Shown here piece by piece: positions 6,487 through 10,750 of a stretch of 10,750 nucleotides of DNA. The notes beneath the pieces are model-generated. The model had not been told where the DNA came from and did not search any database. It was given only the letters and a program-made list of their open reading frames with translations. The stretch comes from Candidatus Cloacimonadota bacterium. GTDB lineage: Bacteria; Cloacimonadota; Cloacimonadia; Cloacimonadales; WRIO01. Within the stretch, counting starts at the first letter, position 1. Each line of letters begins with the position of its first letter. Position numbers and translations under genes: made by a program. The stretch spans positions 1 through 10,750 of the forward strand of contig JAKQQL010000404.1 of NCBI GenBank assembly GCA_029564175.1, in the 5' to 3' direction.

Positions 6487-8625
6487 TTAGAATTTAAAAG
6501 TATAACCCATTATTGCGTTAAAATATATCTGATCAGTAAAAGGATATTCACGGTGTTTTCCTTCAAGGTTTTTTAAGTATAGAGAGATACTTTGCTTATC
6601 ATCAATCTCATAGATTAAATTTAAATTTATATTGTGATATGCTTTAATTGTTGTCTTAGACAGTATTTTCAGACTTGAAAAATTAAATTTTTGCCTAGAA
6701 TAGAAATTATGCTGAGCAAATATGTTTAGATCTGAAAATGCCCTTATATTAAATGTATAACCAGCTGATAACATTGGCGTGGAATCAGCCAGAAAATCAA
6801 CATAATCGTATCCGTTTGCATGAATTCTTTCATTGGTAAACTGCAACATGCCATAAGTTTTAAATTTTAAAGAAGTGTAAAAATCATAGTTTAGGGTGTA
6901 GTTAAATCCTGTTTGATCTACTTTCATTGATTTTACTTCCGATAAAAAATAAGGATAAATATAGACTGGAGTTCCATAGGTTATTGTGTCAATATAGTAA
7001 CCATTATTTCTGTAATCAGAAAACTGATCCAATATCGTATAGAAAAAATTGGCATCAAACGTTGATTTTTCAGATAATCTCGACCTTACCCCACAATCGA
7101 AGGTATAATTCCTCAAAAAAGGCAAGGTTTTATTGCCATAAAAAATGACTCCAACAAGTGAATCTGTCACTGTTAATACCGGATCTAAAAACATCAGACT
7201 GGCTTTATTGGAAAAAGCATCAATCATAAATGGAGAACGTTCTGCTCCTGATATCATGATTCTGAAGAGTTTATCTTTATCTGCCCGGTAAGTTATGCCT
7301 GCTTCAAATGAATTGGATAATTGATTTTTAATATTGTATTTCTCACTTCTAAATCCAGAAACAAATCGCCATTTTTGATTGACAGGATAGTCTAATAAAA
7401 GTGAAACTGAATTTGATGTAATTGTCTCCATTTGATTAGGAATATCATGAGAGGTATCAAACAATACATCTGTAAACAATCGTGAAGCATACTGAGAAGA
7501 TCGATTGTGATAACCAGGGCGTATGATTGATTTACCCAGATAAAGAGGATATTCTACTGATAAATTATAATTGACATAGGCATATTTACTCCAGTAAAAA
7601 TTATTGTCATAATATCCCATATTATAGTTTTGTTGAAAATAAAAGTTATCATAAATCATTTGAAAATTTTGATAAATTCCTTTTGATTTATATTGAGATA
7701 AAGGTGTGAAAAAATTATTATAGTATGCTTTTTGACTTCTGGATTTTTGAAAGCCAAGATCAAATTTAAAATAATTCTTTTCATCAATGTGATATTTTGC
7801 GCTCATATTGATCGCATTATTTTCAAGAGACAAATTCTGATCTTTATAACTGATTCCATAATAATCCAGAGCAGACATTTCTGGTGAATGTAATAAAATA
7901 GTAGATAAATCATCGACTTCATGATACTGATCAGTAACAGTTGAAAAATAAAGTTCATCCGTTCGGTATTGTTGACTTACATTTGTACTGAAAGTAAACT
8001 CATATTTCTCAAAATGGCGATAATCCATTCTCATATAGGCATCTCTGCTATTAACATGATTCGCATTTATCTTAGAAAATAGATGAAACCCCTCTTCACG
8101 GTAAGTATTAGTGATAATATGAATCACCCCTGTCATGGCATTTGGCCCATATAAAGCGGATGCTGGACCTCTGACTACCTCGATTTTTTCCACATCTTCA
8201 ATATCGATTCCTAACATTTCCCAAAAAGTTCCACCTGCAAAATAATCATATACAATTCGATCATCAATCATAACCAGAATAATTGAACAGTTTGGAGTAG
8301 GGACCATCAAACTAGTTGTCGCAGTATCAAATCCTCTGATTTGAACATCATAATTTCCTGGTGTTTGCTCTCTGACAATAATTCCAGGAATCAGTTTTAA
8401 AGCTTCTGGGATTGAATTTGCTCCAGAATTTCTGATTTCTTCTTTTCTGATTACACTAATATCCATCGGTGCTTCAAATAAATCTTCTGGCCTTTTTGAG
8501 GCAGATATCACTATATTGGTGTTAAATAATTCTTCTAAACTCATTTCCAGATAGGGGTCATCAATTGACCATAATAACCCTGAAAGATAACTGATACTCA
8601 AAATCACCCATACAAAACGTCTCAT
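6487..8625 (-). CDS. TonB-dependent outer-membrane receptor (plug + beta-barrel), 712 aa
   Basis: Start revised to ATG 8625: GAGGG SD just upstream, no overlap with the YfiR-like gene, and a signal peptide MRRFVWVILSISYLSGLLWS. Plug motifs ISVIRKEEI...IPEALKLIPG...IRGF...LVMIDD...IEDVEKIEVVRGPASALYGPNAMTGVIHIIT; aromatic-rich amphipathic strands; C-terminal GYTFKF (terminal Phe, BAM signal). Confidence 0.93.
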   Translation of the reverse strand: MRRFVWVILSISYLSGLLWSIDDPYLEMSLEELFNTNIVISASKRPEDLFEAPMDISVIRKEEIRNSGANSIPEALKLIPGIIVREQTPGNYDVQIRGFDTATTSLMVPTPNCSIILVMIDDRIVYDYFAGGTFWEMLGIDIEDVEKIEVVRGPASALYGPNAMTGVIHIITNTYREEGFHLFSKINANHVNSRDAYMRMDYRHFEKYEFTFSTNVSQQYRTDELYFSTVTDQYHEVDDLSTILLHSPEMSALDYYGISYKDQNLSLENNAINMSAKYHIDEKNYFKFDLGFQKSRSQKAYYNNFFTPLSQYKSKGIYQNFQMIYDNFYFQQNYNMGYYDNNFYWSKYAYVNYNLSVEYPLYLGKSIIRPGYHNRSSQYASRLFTDVLFDTSHDIPNQMETITSNSVSLLLDYPVNQKWRFVSGFRSEKYNIKNQLSNSFEAGITYRADKDKLFRIMISGAERSPFMIDAFSNKASLMFLDPVLTVTDSLVGVIFYGNKTLPFLRNYTFDCGVRSRLSEKSTFDANFFYTILDQFSDYRNNGYYIDTITYGTPVYIYPYFLSEVKSMKVDQTGFNYTLNYDFYTSLKFKTYGMLQFTNERIHANGYDYVDFLADSTPMLSAGYTFNIRAFSDLNIFAQHNFYSRQKFNFSSLKILSKTTIKAYHNINLNLIYEIDDKQSISLYLKNLEGKHREYPFTDQIYFNAIMGYTFKF

Positions 8626-8632
8626 ACTACCC

Positions 8633-9136
8633 TCATTTATATACTTTTGCAATTTGTAGAATATTCGGAGAGAGGGAATGACCTTCTCTCTCAAGATTAC
8701 TGATATTTACGTAGAGTCTTGGCAAATCCTGTACTACTCCCAATCCGATTGTTACATCCCCATTAACAACGGCCATTGTAACACAAGCAACAGACAATTT
8801 ATTGTATTTTCTACACACAGTTGCATGTGAAGCGAGTTTTGGCATAAAATAAATAATATCATATTCATTTATGACAGAAGACAATTTATCCAGAGTGCTT
8901 TCACCAACCTGATAAAATGCCGGTGCGAAAGCTTTTTTACAATCCTTCATTAGTTGTTCTGTCGATTTATCAAACACGATAAGCAATCTGATTCTATCTT
9001 TATTCTTTAAAACTCCATCATGTGAGGCAATCTTTGAAAACATAGCTGCTTGTATTCTTAGTGGTATTAAAAAATTATCACCACCAAGACTTAAAAAAAA
9101 CAGCCATATCAGTATCAGCCATCCATACTTTTTCAT
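8633..9136 (-). CDS. YfiR/HmsC-family (DUF4154-like) periplasmic protein
   Basis: Signal peptide MKKYGWLILIWLFFLSLGG; N-terminal helix IQAAMFSKIASHD; YDIIYF strand; C-terminus GDVTIGLGVVQDLPRLYVNISNLEREGHSLSPNILQIAKVY resembles the YfiR family end (F/Y-x-I/V-N...G-x-x-I/L-S-x-x-L-L-x-L/I-A). 167 aa; SD AGGA at 9143-9146; 7 nt from the TonB receptor start. Confidence 0.75.
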   Translation of the reverse strand: MKKYGWLILIWLFFLSLGGDNFLIPLRIQAAMFSKIASHDGVLKNKDRIRLLIVFDKSTEQLMKDCKKAFAPAFYQVGESTLDKLSSVINEYDIIYFMPKLASHATVCRKYNKLSVACVTMAVVNGDVTIGLGVVQDLPRLYVNISNLEREGHSLSPNILQIAKVYK

Positions 9137-9198
9137 GATTATTCCTGATTATCTATTTATTACGATGAGTATTACAATAACACTTACATAACTATGAG

Positions 9199-9228
9199 AT
9201 AATATGTCAAAGTAAAGGCATTTGTCAA
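9199..9228 (-). promoter_or_regulatory. Putative sigma70 promoter for the YfiR-like/TonB receptor operon
   Basis: Minus strand TTGACA (9228-9223), 18-nt spacer, TATTAT (9204-9199). A second TTGACA (9210-9205) lies inside the spacer. Confidence 0.55.
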
Positions 9229-9258
9229 GATGATTTTCAAAATCGACAGAGAGATTTC

Positions 9259-10750
9259 TTAACTGCCATTTAAAGTGAATGTTATTTCAAAAACTGCTCC
9301 ACCATTTTCTTGATTATAACAGTGAATATGACCTTTAAAATTGTCCACAAACTGTTTTACAATTGCCAATCCCAATCCCATCCCTTCTCCAGGCTTTTTG
9401 GTTGAATAAAACGGATCAAAAAGTCTTTCTGAAGTTACCTCAGGAATACCAGGTCCATTATCTTTTACCTGGATTAAAATACTGTCTTTTCGTAAGGCGG
9501 TATGAATGATAATTCTTTTGTCTTGTTGATCTGATTTATCTAGCGCATGCATAGCATTGAGACATAAATTCATAATAATCTGTTCTAAATGTATGATATC
9601 TCCCTGTAACTGAAGATCTTTTGCTTCTTCAATTAAATCAACTATAATACCATGTGAACTCAACTGAGAGCTAATCATATCCAGTGCATTACTTATTGCC
9701 ATACTGATCAGAAACTGATGATGGGATGCCTTTGCATTTGGCACCCAAAATGATCTCATGTGTTTTATTATTGAGTCAATTCGATTGACAGCCTGAGTAA
9801 TTTTGTGAATCTTTTGCAAAAAAATATCAGGTAATAAATCTGGATTTCGCTTATTCCAGAACAAGACGCCATCTGCCAAAATTTTGATAGCATTAAGTGG
9901 CTGATTAATTTCATGGGTTATCCCTGCAGCCATTACGCCAATTGATGCCAGCTTTGAAGAAGATTCAAGCAATTTAATTGTTTCTATGTTTTGTTTTTCG
10001 GCTTCAATCCTCTGTTGATTAAGCATATATCTTTCCCATGCATTCGCCAGCATATTCGAAATGGTATTGTAAAGACTGTAGTGTTTTGAATCTTTCATGC
10101 CAGCCATATCTGATTCGAATAGTAAAGCACCATAGACAAAACCAGATATCTTGATTGGCATTAATACGATAATATTTGCATACCGGCTTTTAATAAACGA
10201 TTTTGTTATATCAGTAATATCATCTTCACAAGAATAATAAATAGATTGATTATTCTTAAGCGTCATCAGCATCTTATTTATTAAATTCCGATAAGAGTCA
10301 TCCACAGGTGTTTCAAAAAAATCAATTTTACGATTAATCATTTCAGTATACTCTTTTTGAAAGGCATAAAATCCTGTTTTAGTCAAATGCATTGTAGTTT
10401 CAATAATATTCAGCAGATTGTCCAGAACATCAAAAAACTTATCAGTAGAATTCAGAATCGTAGCAATTGTTGAAAGCAACATTTCATGCTTTAATGCTAT
10501 TTTAACTTTTCTATGTTCTTTCAAAAGCAACTTTTCAACTGCTTTTCTTTCACTGATATCTCTGATATTTGCTGAGATCAGCGATCTGTCTCCAATTTCT
10601 ATTTTTTGTAGAAAGACTTCTGTATCAAATGAATAATCTCCTTTAGGAAGCTTAACACGCCATTCAAACAGCTGACTCTCTCCATCTAACACCCTATCCC
10701 AAATTCGAAGTATATCTTCCTGATTATTTACCGGCGAGGAAAAATCTATA
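9259..10750 (-). CDS. PAS/PAC - GAF-like - NtrB/DctB-type sensor histidine kinase, 5' end outside the window
   Basis: The frame stays open upstream of the track's GTG at 10692 to the window edge (IDFSSPVNNQEDILRIWDRVLDGE...), so the start is outside. PAC end NIRDISERK; GAF-like region (MPIKISGFVYGALLF...ISNMLANAW); H-box ITHEINQPLN; N-box LEQIIMNLCLNAMHAL; DNGPGIP; FDPFYSTK; GMGLGL. Confidence 0.93.
   Translation of the reverse strand, partial: IDFSSPVNNQEDILRIWDRVLDGESQLFEWRVKLPKGDYSFDTEVFLQKIEIGDRSLISANIRDISERKAVEKLLLKEHRKVKIALKHEMLLSTIATILNSTDKFFDVLDNLLNIIETTMHLTKTGFYAFQKEYTEMINRKIDFFETPVDDSYRNLINKMLMTLKNNQSIYYSCEDDITDITKSFIKSRYANIIVLMPIKISGFVYGALLFESDMAGMKDSKHYSLYNTISNMLANAWERYMLNQQRIEAEKQNIETIKLLESSSKLASIGVMAAGITHEINQPLNAIKILADGVLFWNKRNPDLLPDIFLQKIHKITQAVNRIDSIIKHMRSFWVPNAKASHHQFLISMAISNALDMISSQLSSHGIIVDLIEEAKDLQLQGDIIHLEQIIMNLCLNAMHALDKSDQQDKRIIIHTALRKDSILIQVKDNGPGIPEVTSERLFDPFYSTKKPGEGMGLGLAIVKQFVDNFKGHIHCYNQENGGAVFEITFTLNGS

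Noticed and set aside
6487..8625. Specific substrate assignment (BtuB, siderophore, SusC) for the TonB receptor
   Set aside because: No B12 riboswitch, clear Fur box, SusD partner, ABC transporter or tonB/exbBD genes in the window; substrate cannot be inferred.
8626..8694. ORF-track start of the TonB receptor at 8694 (MREKVIPS...)
   Set aside because: It overlaps the YfiR-like gene by 62 nt and buries the signal peptide; ATG 8625 has an SD and gives a normal signal sequence.
9093..9100. T8 run in the YfiR-like signal-peptide coding region, and A7-A8 tracts at 2838-2892, as phase-variation sites
   Set aside because: Runs this short are expected in low-GC DNA and the reading frame is intact.
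2158..10636. Short antisense ORFs 2158-2346, 3602-3844, 4455-4721, 5734-6081, 6927-7148 and 10418-10636
   Set aside because: Each lies wholly opposite a well-supported gene and has no recognisable motif; typical shadow ORFs.
10690..10692. GTG start for the last kinase
   Set aside because: It falls mid-PAS domain and the frame is open to the window edge, so the gene is 5'-truncated.
1..10750. CRISPR arrays, tRNA/rRNA, riboswitches, IS elements, defence systems, and a firm taxonomic call
   Set aside because: Intergenic gaps are at most 190 bp with no periodic repeats or strong structure, and there are no transposase or nuclease motifs. SD use and TTGACA promoters argue against Bacteroidota, but the phylum cannot be fixed without a search.

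Overview
Low-GC, gene-dense bacterial window from a diderm organism (it encodes an outer-membrane beta-barrel) that uses Shine-Dalgarno sites and TTGACA-type sigma70 promoters. The left part is a minus-strand operon rho -> U32-family (TrhP/YegQ-like) tRNA hydroxylase -> bacteriohemerythrin; the last gene runs off the window and is missing from the ORF track. Divergent from rho is a translationally coupled plus-strand signalling operon: a TM-CHASE8-like-TM-HAMP histidine kinase, a stand-alone receiver protein and a receiver-histidine kinase hybrid. Converging on it from the right are a YfiR/HmsC (DUF4154)-like periplasmic protein and a TonB-dependent receptor (true start probably 8625), preceded by a 5'-truncated PAS-GAF NtrB-type kinase. 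The most interesting signal is an apparent re-wired YfiBNR-type trans-envelope system, in which a TonB-dependent receptor replaces YfiB and a CHASE8 histidine kinase phosphorelay replaces the YfiN diguanylate cyclase. No RNA genes, CRISPR arrays or mobile elements were recognised. All domain calls come from motif recognition by eye, not from database searches.
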